A DNA stretch of 64,000 bases from positions 2,604,001-2,668,000 of the forward strand of contig JAQFVV010000003.1 in assembly GCA_028023455.1 (NCBI GenBank), written 5' to 3'. Shown piece after piece: positions 38,641-50,539 of this stretch. The position numbers were made by a program, and so were the translations under genes. Within the stretch, counting starts at the first letter, position 1. Every line of letters starts with the position of its first letter. The stretch comes from Epiperipatus broadwayi (lineage: Eukaryota; Animalia; Onychophora). The notes below the pieces were generated by a model. The model ran no database searches. It was not told the origin of the DNA and was given only the letters and a program-made list of their open reading frames with translations.

Positions 38641-39962
38641 CCCATCTGAAAGTTTAAAAGAAATCGCAGAATGATTTGTTGAATTGAACTGCTCATTCTA
38701 TTATTATGAGTTTGAATGTTACTTTTTGAACAACTATCTGATGATTATTTTTATTATTTCAACTATGCTCTAATTTTTAAAATGAGCTTTCATTAGGCCC
38801 ACAGCTTTAGTAATATAATGATAAATTGTTATATGTGTAAGTTTAATCTTGGCAAACTCTTGTTACCATATGTTGCCTTTACACTTTGATTTTTTCTGAT
38901 TATTTATTTATCGTATAGTTATTACTCGGGAGGTCAGGTATCTGTTAAGGTACCGAATGAGAAGAATGATTCAAAAATCTTTAATTCTTGAGTTCATTTC
39001 CTTCACTACTGAATTAAACAAACAGAGCATTTATGATGTGTCTATATATGTAGAGTGTTGAAATTTTTTTAATTTAGGTGCTCTTTAAATTAGAATATAC
39101 ACTTTAAATGTACATTATTTAATTAATATTGCAACTTAATACTATAAGATAACAATGATTTTAAAAACGAAATGAATCTCTACAAGAACTTTTTATCACG
39201 TTAAAATTCACCGAATGTCTGCTTCGTTCAAATATTAGATAAAACTTTCAATTACAGCGGAGGCATTTCTAATGCTAAACCACAAATCTTTTTAAGTCTG
39301 ATAATTATCAGTAACTGCCAGAAACTTCACTTCCTTGACTTTTTTTTTTTAAAAAAGTGACGAGATTACAGACAAATTCTTTTTGGGTGAATATAGCTAT
39401 TTTGTTCTTTTTTTGTTAGTTGTAATTAACACACATTATTCTCGTAAGCGCTCTTAGCTACTAGATATAAAACACTATTATCTTCGTTTTTTAAAAAGTA
39501 AAAAACGGATGTATTCACAAAAATTATACGTGCTAGCTTAAATTAGTTAAATGGAATTGCTTCGTTTGAAATAAATATTACTTACTGTAGTTTTCGGCAA
39601 AGTAATTTAAGATACTGCGGAAAGAAAAGTGAATTTCTCTCACCAGTAATAACTGGATAAACATGCAATTTTCTTTATAAAGATTGGTGTTTATAAAACC
39701 TTTAAAAAAAATTATTCTCGATACAAAGAATTGCTAAATATAAAAACAAAAAGATTTTTTTTTTCTCGTGAAATATAAATATACAGTATATATATAGTAC
39801 ATTTATGTGTCTCAAAAAGAAAAAATAATACGATTTCCATGCAAAATAATAACCTTCAAATTGAGTTCACTGCAACTAAAAATCTTCAACAGTGTCAAGA
39901 ATAGACAAATTGGTTGGTGAGATTTTTTTTAAATGGTTTTATTCCCCTATGTTATCATCAGC

Positions 39963-41251
39963 CAGAGGCGGATTAAGCCAAGTGGGGGGCCCCAAGCGGT
40001 AAAAATTTCGGGGTCCTCAAACTCAAGTTAAAAAAAAAAAATTTTCAAGAAAACTCATTAAGTTATTAATAAAAGAAAAAGTAATCAAAAATTTCATACT
40101 ATAACATATTAAATGAATTTATTAAAAAAACATTTCTTACATGAATTTCCGTCTTGCTTTATTTAATGCAAATTCATCAATTATTTTTGCAGTGTGAATT
40201 CGGTTTAAAATTCCCTGCTCTATACACAGAATGACCTTTTTATTTAATCTTTCTTTTCCCATAGTACTTCTTAAATAATTTTTTGCACACTTTAAAACAA
40301 AAAACAGTCTTTCTCCTGACGTATTAGATAAGGAAATTGTTTTTAAAAAATTTCAATAATATTTCAACATTTGGAAATATACAAGATATTTCTTTGGTGA
40401 CTCGATAGATGTCTGGTGTGGCTTTTATGGTGTCCTCGTTTTCTTTTAGAAATATTAAAAAATGGTCAAATTCATCTTCAAAATTACAAGCATCAATCCA
40501 TTTTTGTAAATATCCTTAAACTTTATTATCGCGTTTTTTTTCTTCTATTGATAAATTCCAATCAAAAAATATTCGAAAAGGCTCTACAACAACTTCATAC
40601 GTCCGAGTTCTTCGAGATAGTTCTGCCTTGGTGTTATCACATATAACATAAAATGTATTGACTATGAAATTTTCTCTTATTGTAAATTCATGTCCGTCTT
40701 TTTTTTTGTAAAATAGTTTAAAAGCTTTTAGCCTCCCAAACAATGCCTACTAAAAATATTTATTTTAATGATAATGTTGTTAATATTGTTAACAAATAAA
40801 ATTTATTTTTCCATGTGGTCCAATCAAAGTATAATTTAAAAAAAACCCTTTGGAGATAAATCAGCTTCAGGAAAACAGCAAAATTTATTTACGATAATTT
40901 TTTCAAAAGCAGAGTATTCAACTTTAATTAAATCAAATTATTATTTTGGGAGAGTTCCAATTTTTTATGTAATTAAAAAAATAAATATTTATTTAATTTG
41001 GGCCTGTTTATGCTATACTAGTTGCACTCCCTGATGTGCAGTTAATAGTTAGAATCCCGCCAAAACTCAAATAAATTCCCTTCAAAGGCTTAAATAATAC
41101 CGCGTTATAGGAGGGTTGATTGTATACAAAAAAAAAAAAAACATAATTTTCCTGGAATCCTAATGAAAAGGCATTTTAAGACCTCGGGGCCCCTTAGTAT
41201 TCCGGGGCCCTATGCGGCCACTTAATCCGCTTACAGCTTAATCCGCCTCTG
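39963..41251 (-). mobile_element. Internally deleted hAT DNA transposon (ZMYM1-like transposase C-terminus)
   Basis: Perfect 16-bp TIRs CAGAGGCGGATTAAGC (39963-39978 and 41236-41251), with subterminal GGGGCCCC motifs. Minus strand encodes FPNVEILLK...SNTSGERLF..LKCAKNYLRSTMGKERL (hAT dimerisation domain). No 8-bp TSD found. Confidence 0.9.
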
Positions 41252-43594
41252 AGACCCAAATGTTTAGCGATTTCATTTTAGATTTGAACTTCAGGGCATG
41301 AACTTAACTACCAACTCATTAGCTTTGGCATTTTATGATTTTAATATTGTGCTCAAACTTGGTAATTGAAGTTAGTTATAAGTTGTGTAACAAACAAACA
41401 TCTATCTTGTAAAAAATGAAAAAAATAATTTTGAATAATTAATTTTTATTGCTTTCATCATCATCTTTTTTTCTAAACATATTTTTAATGAGCTTATTAA
41501 TACTGTCTGTTATACATATAGGAAGAAACAAAGCCTGCCATGCCTATAAACTAGGTTTGAATGAGGGCTGAATAAACTTGGATTTTATTTTTTTTCCAAA
41601 AGGGTTGAGATTTCTTCTACAAGTAAATGAGTCATAACTAAGCCAAATAATTATCTAATATTGGTCGATAAATTAATATATCTAGTTATTCTTAGCTAGA
41701 GGATAAAACGGAGAAGAAAAAATCCTTATCTCTTCAACATCCAATAATTAAAGCCTGACTATACAACCTCTCTGTCTTTTCTATAAAATACATTGGAAAG
41801 ATCTTTGCCATGGGGTCAGCTACATGATCATTTTATTTTACATATAGACACACACATATATATTACCAATATTATTTAAATGTTATGTACATTTCAACAG
41901 AAAAAGTAGACTTTTATACACGTTAAACTAATTTTAATTTTATTATTGCTAAGCATGCTTTTGACATAGATATTTATATTCATAGCAACCTAAGTTTATT
42001 TGATGTTCACAGCATTTATATTCTCTCAGTCATTACATTAATACTTAAATATATTCTGTTTTACTCAAATGTACTGTATTTAAATAATCCATTTTTTAAA
42101 AAAAGAAATACATGAATCCTTTTTTTTTATTTATAGTGTAGGGTTCATTGCAATTACACAGACTTCTTTGACCTTGTGTTTCCTTTCCTCTCTTTCCATA
42201 CATACAATTCCAGCCATTTTAAAATCAAACTTATGGCCTAATTTGTGTTCATAATTCATAAATATGGATATATATATATATACTCATCTGTTCATTATGC
42301 CCTATTATATAAGTATCTGTGCTAGGCTAGACTAATTGATAAATTAGCATGCATTTCCCAATAATATGCAACATTATACATGGGTTGGTTGCACTGAATT
42401 TTTATTAAAGAATTTGGTGTGATGACTCTGTGGGTAATTTATTCATGGAATTGTTGAAAAAATTATTTAGCAATGAGGAAGTTCAGAAACATTACATGTG
42501 TCTGTATATTTTCTTTTTAATTTTTGTGAGATTTTTGGAATATAAAGAAGACTAATCCATTTTTATTCTCAATGGTTGAGGAGGTTGGGGGTTGCTTATT
42601 CTATTATAAAGTCTTTTGCCTGTTTTAATTATTTTGTTGTGGTTATATCCTAGATTTTTTAAATTCCTTACATAAGTATCTATATTGCTTTGTCAATCAG
42701 CCTCAAATTTATATAATTTATTATTCCTATACAAAAATCATCCCTCTAATATTTATCAGTTTTAAGATCATTCCTCTAATATTTATAAGTTTTAAGATCA
42801 TTCTATAGCTAAATGTATTAACATTTCTCTGAATATACAGGTTCAAAAATGTAATACCTTTATCTTTCCTTTTTTTCCCCGTAGTCTAGATTAATGATGA
42901 TGCTTGTTCTAATTCATAACATATATTTGTAATCTGTGTTTCCTTTGAATAAATTAATGTATAATCACAAAAATATAATTAAAACAGTTGAAAGATTTTA
43001 TAATAGAATAAAAAAAACCCAATTCCTCAACCAATAGAGAATAAGAATGGATTAGTTTTCCTTATGTTTCAAAAATCTCTCAAAAAAAGAAAAACAATAT
43101 GTACAGACACATATAATGTAATTTCTGCATTAATAAATGAATTATTAAATAATTCCATGGATAAATTACCCACAGAGTCAATACATCAAATTGTTACAAA
43201 ATTTAGTGCAACCAACCAATGTGTTATGTTGCATATTATGAGAAATTGCATACTAATTTATCGACAAGACTAGCCCAGCTCAGATACTTATATAATATGG
43301 CATAAAAAAGTGAAAAATATACATTTGTATTTATGGATCATGAACAGAAATTAAGCCATAAGTTTGATTTGACAGTGGCTAGAATAATATTATAGAAAGA
43401 AAGGACATGAAACACAAGTTCAAAGAATTCTGGGTAATCCCAAGTGATCACTGTGCTATAAAAAAAAGATCCGTGTATTCCTCTTTCAAAAAAAAATGAA
43501 TATTTAAATAAATTTGAATAAAGTGGAATATATTCAAATATTAAAGTAACAACCAAAAGAATGTAAATGTCATGAACACCAAATAAACTTAGTT

Positions 43595-43636
43595 TGCTAT
43601 GAAAATGACATATTTATGTCAAAAGCATGTTCAGAA
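43595..43636 (+). ncRNA. Degenerate hammerhead in the 5' pLTR
   Basis: UGCU AUGAAAA U GACAU-AUUU-AUGUC AAAA GCAUGU UC AGAA. Confidence 0.5.
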
Positions 43637-44408
43637 TAAAAAAATTAAAATTAAAGTTTAAATTATATAGAAGTCTGTCTTTTCTTTTGAAATGTGCACA
43701 ACATTTAAATAATATTAGAATAATCCAGAAAAGTGATAGTTATTGATTTATTAAAGGTAATGAATGACTTTCACCTATATAAAGAGGCATTTAACATTCA
43801 TAATAATTTGACTAAAAAATAAGAAAGATTAGAATTCTTGTAAAAATACTTACATTTTAAAATATTCCTAAAAGGTTGCTAGCATATATCAACAAAGTGA
43901 TAATTTAATGAATATTAGGGCAGCTAAAAGAAGCTTTATTGAAATCAATAATTCAAGAATGTCGAAAGTTGATTAAAGCAGATACACATAGAAAAAAAAA
44001 AGATAAATAAGAATTATATGGTTGTAGAAGAAATTGACATAAAGTGCAGACAGATTGCTTTAAAATGGAAAGGAAAAAAATGATAAAATATTGTGATTTT
44101 GGCAAATAAACAAGGCTGGAAGTTAAAAAGTGAGAAGTAAAATAATAGGATCAACTTATTCAACTACCAGATACTGGAGACAATAAGTAAAATTCTACCA
44201 AATGGTTCTAAATTTGAGATGGGGAGTAGTAGAATCTCAATATGGATATTATAGCCAATATAGAAATCAAATTTGGATATGATTCTCAGAGAGACAGCAT
44301 GATTGAGGGGATTGCAAAAATATTCAACTTATTACCAAACAAGTACAAAAATACATGACCTAAAATATAAATAAAATAAGGAAGTTGTATTTATATGTTG
44401 GAATATTT

Positions 44409-45349
44409 TCATCATCTAATATGAATATTAAATGTCTTGGAAAAATTTAACTTTATTTAAATATTCCAAATACACTCAACTATTAGGAATAATACGGGAA
44501 CAGAACAAAAGAAGTTTGTTCAGAAACCAGCGATTTGAAAAAAAAAAGATCTACATAGATCAAATTCTTATGACAAATTGTTATCCATCAGCTGTTATTA
44601 AGAAAACTTTAAATACACAACAAAAACAATCATCAAAAGAAAAAAACAATTATTGGTACTGTAATGTACCCATACCAAAAATTGCAGACAAATTAAGAAA
44701 AATCTGCAATCAGTATAACATCAGAATACCTTTCCAGAGCCATACCATACTATGAGGAATTCTAACATCCATAAAACCTAAATTGAAATGCTGAAAAGAA
44801 AAAACTGCATCTATGAAATATCATATGAATGTGAAAGAATATATATTGGTGAAACCAGTCATCCCATTGAAAAATGCTTGCAATAACACAAACTGATGAT
44901 TAGAATGGAAAAATTAGATAAGTCTTAATTAGAAGACCATTTATGTACCAATGAACATATATTCAATTGAGAAAATACAAAATATTGGATAGAGAAAAAA
45001 AGATACAAAAAAGAAAATTTAATGAAACTGCTCACATAATAATGGCAAACAATCCCATAAGTCAATCTAGTGTGACTATACATAATGTATGGAAATTATT
45101 AATCAACTTTGCTCTAAAAAAAAGTGAAGAAATCAGGAGCAACTTCATAGATTAGTATATGAATTTTCTACTTACTGTTACCCTTATCAGGATAGTTCAG
45201 TTGGTTAGAGTGTTATCTTAAAATTTAATACTAAGAGAATCTAAGGGTCCATGCTTGATTCCCTTCTTAATACTGTCATTAGTCAGGTCTAAAACACCTG
45301 AAGAAGTTGGGAGAATAATACCTCTCAAAATCTTATGCATAGAATGTAT
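44409..45349 (+). mobile_element. Nested Penelope/Poseidon-type 3' fragment (thumb, GIY-YIG, 3' UTR)
   Basis: ILMTNCYPSAVI; KNCIYEISYECERIYIGETSHPIEKCLQ*HK; KRKFNETAHII. Candidate 11-bp TSD ttggaatattt at 44398-44408 and 45350-45360. Confidence 0.85.
45190..45265 (+). other. tRNA-derived segment in a PLE 3' UTR
   Basis: TAGTTCAGTTGGTTAGAG (45193-45210) closely matches a tRNA D-arm/A-box. GGGTCCATGCTTGATTCCC (45245-45263) is T-arm/B-box-like but degenerate. It does not form a convincing cloverleaf. Confidence 0.55.
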
Positions 45350-47206
45350 TTGGAATATTTAAATAAAGTTAAATTTTTCTAAAGACATTCAATACTCATA
45401 TTACATGGTGGAAATAGTCCAACAGATAAATACAACTAAAACACCAACATCATAAACCTTCAGGAAAACATGAAATAAGGAAGTATTTAAAAAGAGAAAA
45501 ATATTATATGTTGCACAGAAGATGAAGATAATTGCCTAATTTTGATAAATAAAGATGATTATTTGAAGAAATTGTATATGCAAATCAATAGCTTAAAATT
45601 TACAGAAATAAAATCTTACATAACATATATAAAAGATAAATTTGTATTATCAGCTTTGAGAAAATATTGTGATAAAGCATATATGAAGTTAGATTATCTT
45701 AGAATGTACCCTCCAGCCACAATTCCACACAGAAATTTTTACAAATATTGTTACACAAAGAGAATTATCCATTATGGTTGGTAATAGATTTTTGGGGCTC
45801 ATATGCTTATAAAGCTGCTAAGACTATTGCTAACTGATTAATGGAAAACATAGAATTCAGAAAGCACACAATAAAATTGCTGTATAAATGCATAGATAAA
45901 ATTTAAAATATGAAAGTAGATGCTAAATACAAAATAGCATCTCTAGACATTAAAGAATTGTATGATTCAGTACCAAGATCTAAATATATGAAGATAATAA
46001 AATGAATTGCTACAGAATATAGACTATGACTCAAATAAAAAAAAATTTATTATTGAAGTTTTGAATTCAGTAGATAGGGACATTATAGTAGTAGCATGTG
46101 AGAAATGTTATATGATGAGTCATGGATGGCTGATGGTTCTCCTCATTAACAGCATTATTTGTAGATTTTTTCTCACAAAATTTGAAAAGGCTATAATTCC
46201 AAAACATTTATCATTGAACCTGAACATGATTTATATTAGGTATGTTGATGATACATAATTTGTTCAACCTAAAGTACTGATTACAAGTATATGCCATATA
46301 TTAGAACAAGCATCATCATTAATCTGGAATATGGAAAAAGAAGGCAAAGATATTAAATTTTTGGACCTGTATATTCAGAGAAATGTTGATACTTTGAGTT
46401 CACCTTAAAACTGATAAATATTACAGGGGCAACCCATATCAAGTCATTAATGTCAATGGTACATAAATATGCTGGATTAAAAGGTTTTTTGTATAGGAAT
46501 AAATTGTGTAAATTTGAGGCTGTTAGAAAGAACAATATAGATGTTTATGTAAGGGGTTTAAAAGATCTAGGATACAACCACAACAAAATAATTAGAACAG
46601 TTGAAAGATTTTATAATAAAATAAAGAACTCCAACCTTTTCAACCAATAGAGAATAAAAAATGGATTAGTCTTCCTTATGTTCCAAAATTCTTGCAAAAA
46701 TTTAAAAAAATATATACAGACACATATAATTTAAGTTTCCAAACTCCCCCATTGCAAAATAAATTATTAAACAATTCCAAGGATAAATTACCTACAAAGT
46801 CAGCTCACTAAATTCTTTACAAAATTCAATGCAACCAACCCACATACAATGTTGCACATTATGAGGAATCACATGCTAATTTATTAGCTAGCCTAACTCA
46901 GCACAAATACTTATATAATAGGGAACAAAGATACATCCATATTTATGGATCATGAACAGAAAACAGGCCATTAGTTTGATTTAACAGCAGCTGGAATTGC
47001 ATGTATGAAAAAAGGAACAGGAAATGCAAAATTAAGGAGGCCTGGGTAATCGCAAGAAATTGCTGTGCTATAAATAAAAAAAATTCATATATATCTCTTT
47101 CAAAAAATGGTTTATTTAAATAAATTTGAATAAAATGAAATATATTTAAATATTAAAATAATGACTGGAAGAATATAAATGTTGTGAACACCAAATAAAC
47201 TTAGGT

Positions 47207-47248
47207 TACTATGAATATGACATACCTATGTCAAAAGCATGCTCAGCA
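47207..47248 (+). ncRNA. Variant minimal hammerhead in the 3' pLTR (A3:U8 core, G12 mutated)
   Basis: UACU AUGAAUA U GACAU-ACCU-AUGUC AAAA GCAUGC UC / AGCA. Perfect 5-bp helix II and palindromic AGCAUGCU helix III. CAAAA is consistent with CpG decay of CGAAA. Confidence 0.6.
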
Positions 47249-50200
47249 TGATAAAATTAAAATTTAAGTTATATAAAAGTCTACTTTTTCTGTTGAAATG
47301 TACATTACATTTAAATAATATTATGATATTCCAGAAAAGAGATAGTTTTTGCTTTATTAAATATAAATTAAAAAAAAATTAAATAAATCATAATAAAAGT
47401 AATAATAAGTAAATTATATTTTTTCATCATTGCTATAATAATTTTCTTTAGATAGTAGAAGATTACTTTTGATCAACCTGTAGTTTAACAAAATATATTG
47501 ATTTTAATTAGATTCTCCAATTTAAAATTTTGCAGAAATAAAACCAATCGTTATATTTTTTAGTTAGCTATCTACTATTATAAAACCAACATCTTCATTG
47601 GTTTGAATATGGGAAATGAATGAATGTTAAGAGTTCTTCTGTAAAGTATTTTGTGGTTTTCGTAGGAGAAGCAGACCCGTTTACTTGCAAATATTATTTC
47701 AAAGACATTCTAAAAAAAGCAATATTTATTATTTTCATAATGTTGAAGCAAGTTTCCAGAAGCAAATCTCTTTTTCATACTTTAGAACCATCTAATCATT
47801 GATCATTATCCATATCCCCACATTGGTTTCTGATTTTGCCTTTCAATAAAAATATAGTCTTCAAAGGATCTAGTAACTACTTTTTACTATTTAGCTAATA
47901 ATCTGAAATTCAAAAACCTCTAATTTTTTGAACCTAATATAGCTCACTTATAGAAATTGAACACCAATATATATATATATATATAACAATTATAAACATT
48001 TGAAGATAACTTCTTATCTTTAATTAAAAAAATTAATAGCAACAAAATATCATTTATCTTCAGTGCATTTCACGACAGATCAGCAGAACTGATACCTAAT
48101 TTTTTATTGAGTTTGGCACACTGGTTGTTAAAATGACACTTGTGATCAGAGTTCTCTCTAAGATGGGACTTCAGCAGCTGGACAATGTGGAAATCATAAA
48201 TTCACTTTTCTTATTTTTTTTAACATTCACCTATGTAGCAGTATATTTTAGCAGTAATATTCATTCCATTCATAAGTAAAAAAAAATTAAATGATACTTG
48301 TAATATTTATTTAGTCATTTCATAAAATGCATTAAAACTTTGATGAAATACTACATGTTTATTCCCTCCTGTCTGTTACTTCATTTTTTAAACAAGCATA
48401 TAATGTAATGAGCTGATAATTTCGATTGGCTCATGTTATATTTTCTGTGCATGTAAATTACGTATATACACATATGTATATTAGATAAAATAAGTAATAA
48501 ATGCAGTGTATATAGAAAGTTTTTTTTTTTTTTTGGTATTATTTATTAGTTTTTTTTATAGTAGGTTTTTGGTATTATTAGGTTTTTGGTATTATTTATT
48601 AGTTTTTTTTTATTGGGATTTAAAAAAAAAAAAAAAAACAAAGAAAAAAAGGCAAAATACTATATTAGTTATTTTTTTAATTGGATTGAGTGATTACATC
48701 AAAAGTGATATTAAAAAAAGATATATATATATTATATATTGTTTTTGGAAAACAATTTTAATTAAATTTTTTAATCTGAAGGGAGGGGGAGAGAAAAGAA
48801 ATGTATTTAATTCTATTGTCATGGCTTATAGTTGGAAAGTGTTAAAAACAAAAAAAAGGAATTAAAGAAATGCAATCACTGGCCAGAATGTGATCCAATA
48901 AAAGGACAATGGATAAGAAAGACTATAAATAGAGAGAAAAACCTATTGTATTAATTATTAGTTTTTTTAAATAAAAGAACTATTATAAAGTGAAAATAAA
49001 ATGTTAGAAGGCTAAACAACTAAAATCCATCCCCAGCCAGGACACTGGCCAATTCCTAGATTTTCATCACACCGGGAAACTACCTCATGGAACAAGGCCA
49101 CCTAAGAGAAAGCGAAGCTAGCTGGAGGACAAAATTCATTACTGTAAATCAGCTCCCAAAGGATCCCAAGGAACGCTTATGGACACTGATCGATCAGGGT
49201 AATATAAACTTTGTTTTTTGATTGAACTATAGATTGCTGAACCTAAAAACATATCTAATTAGGATTGTATTTAATCAGCCACAAACTATAAGTTGTGACA
49301 ATAGAAGGGGTTTTGTTATATATATATATATTTATAATGCTTATGTTTACATTGTCCAATTAGTTTTATTTAAAATATATAATTTATTTATATTTGTGTT
49401 TTGTTTTTTTTTTAAAAAATTTTTACAGAGGGTTTTTAAATAACTTTTGATGAAATTCAAGACAATAGGAGGAAATTAAAAATAATAAAATCCCATGAAT
49501 GAATCCCAGAAATTGTTATCGAAATAGAATGTAGAAATGATTTAAGAAAGCATAAATGAAAAGTTTAAGGGTTGAGTAAATATTGAAAGAGAGGGTAGGG
49601 GTTTAGTGTAATAACTGACTCCTAATATTAAGCCACTTAGTCTCTATACCGGTTAAGATTCGGACCAGTCTGGGACACATATATAAGTAAAAGTGCATGT
49701 TCCTTCAAGAATGAAAAATACATATTACTCTTCACAACTGTTGGTTTTTTTTTTTATTTATATAAAAAGAAAAAAAGAATGATAATGTTAGTCATGATAA
49801 GTTTATACAAAAGAGGAAGGTAGAGGGGGAATAATTAATGATTTGTTTCTATCAAGAGTCTTGAATAAAAGAAAAGTAAAAAAAAAATTATAATAAAGCG
49901 TATTATTATTTGAAACATATTTAAGTGTACTTGTTTGTTCCTTTAGCACTTGTATGCGATAATAAAACATATGATCATCGCATATACACACATATTAAAA
50001 ATGGGATTACAAAGAGGAGGTTAGTTGGATCTGTTGTAGGTATAAAAATTAACAGCTATGAATATAAGATTCTTCTAATTTCATGGCTCTAGGTTCTTTT
50101 CCTAGTGGCACCCTCATACGATTCCAGCTGTAATTAAAATTTTTGATTCTTCGCCTACAAACTTTTAAATACGAAAAGTAATGGCACAGAGGGTCGAAGG

Positions 50201-50539
50201 AGATAAGATAGAAAATGGCATATCCAACATGTTGGGGCCTACAAGAATAATAAATGGCCAGAGATGAGTTGTGAGATAGGTGAGGTGGGTTTGTAGATGA
50301 AATCAGAGAATTGGTGTCTTGGTTGGGGGAGGGTTTTATGCTATATGAAGTAATTTTGTTTAGATAAAAAAAAATGTGAGACAGAATAGAAATAAAAATT
50401 TTCAAAGGAAAAGAAGAGGAGACTTTATTTGAATACATAGAGAGCCTACAAGAGTTTTCAAAATATACAAAGTAGGAGAGAAAGAAATAATAATAATAGC
50501 AAATAACCATTCAGTATGCATAGCACAAGATTAGTGGAG

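Larger units (their letters stand above)
42960..47361 (+). mobile_element. Decayed Penelope-like element flanked by direct pLTRs (42960-43754 and 46573-47361), with a nested second PLE fragment
   Basis: N-terminal LPNGSKF...MDIIANIE (~44180-44280), LINKDDYLKK, IASLDIKELYDSVP, GWLM, IRYVDD, KFLDL, GIY-YIG-like ILYKIQC...KIKEAWVI. The two ~790-bp direct repeats cover the endonuclease tail and UTR. Confidence 0.85.
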
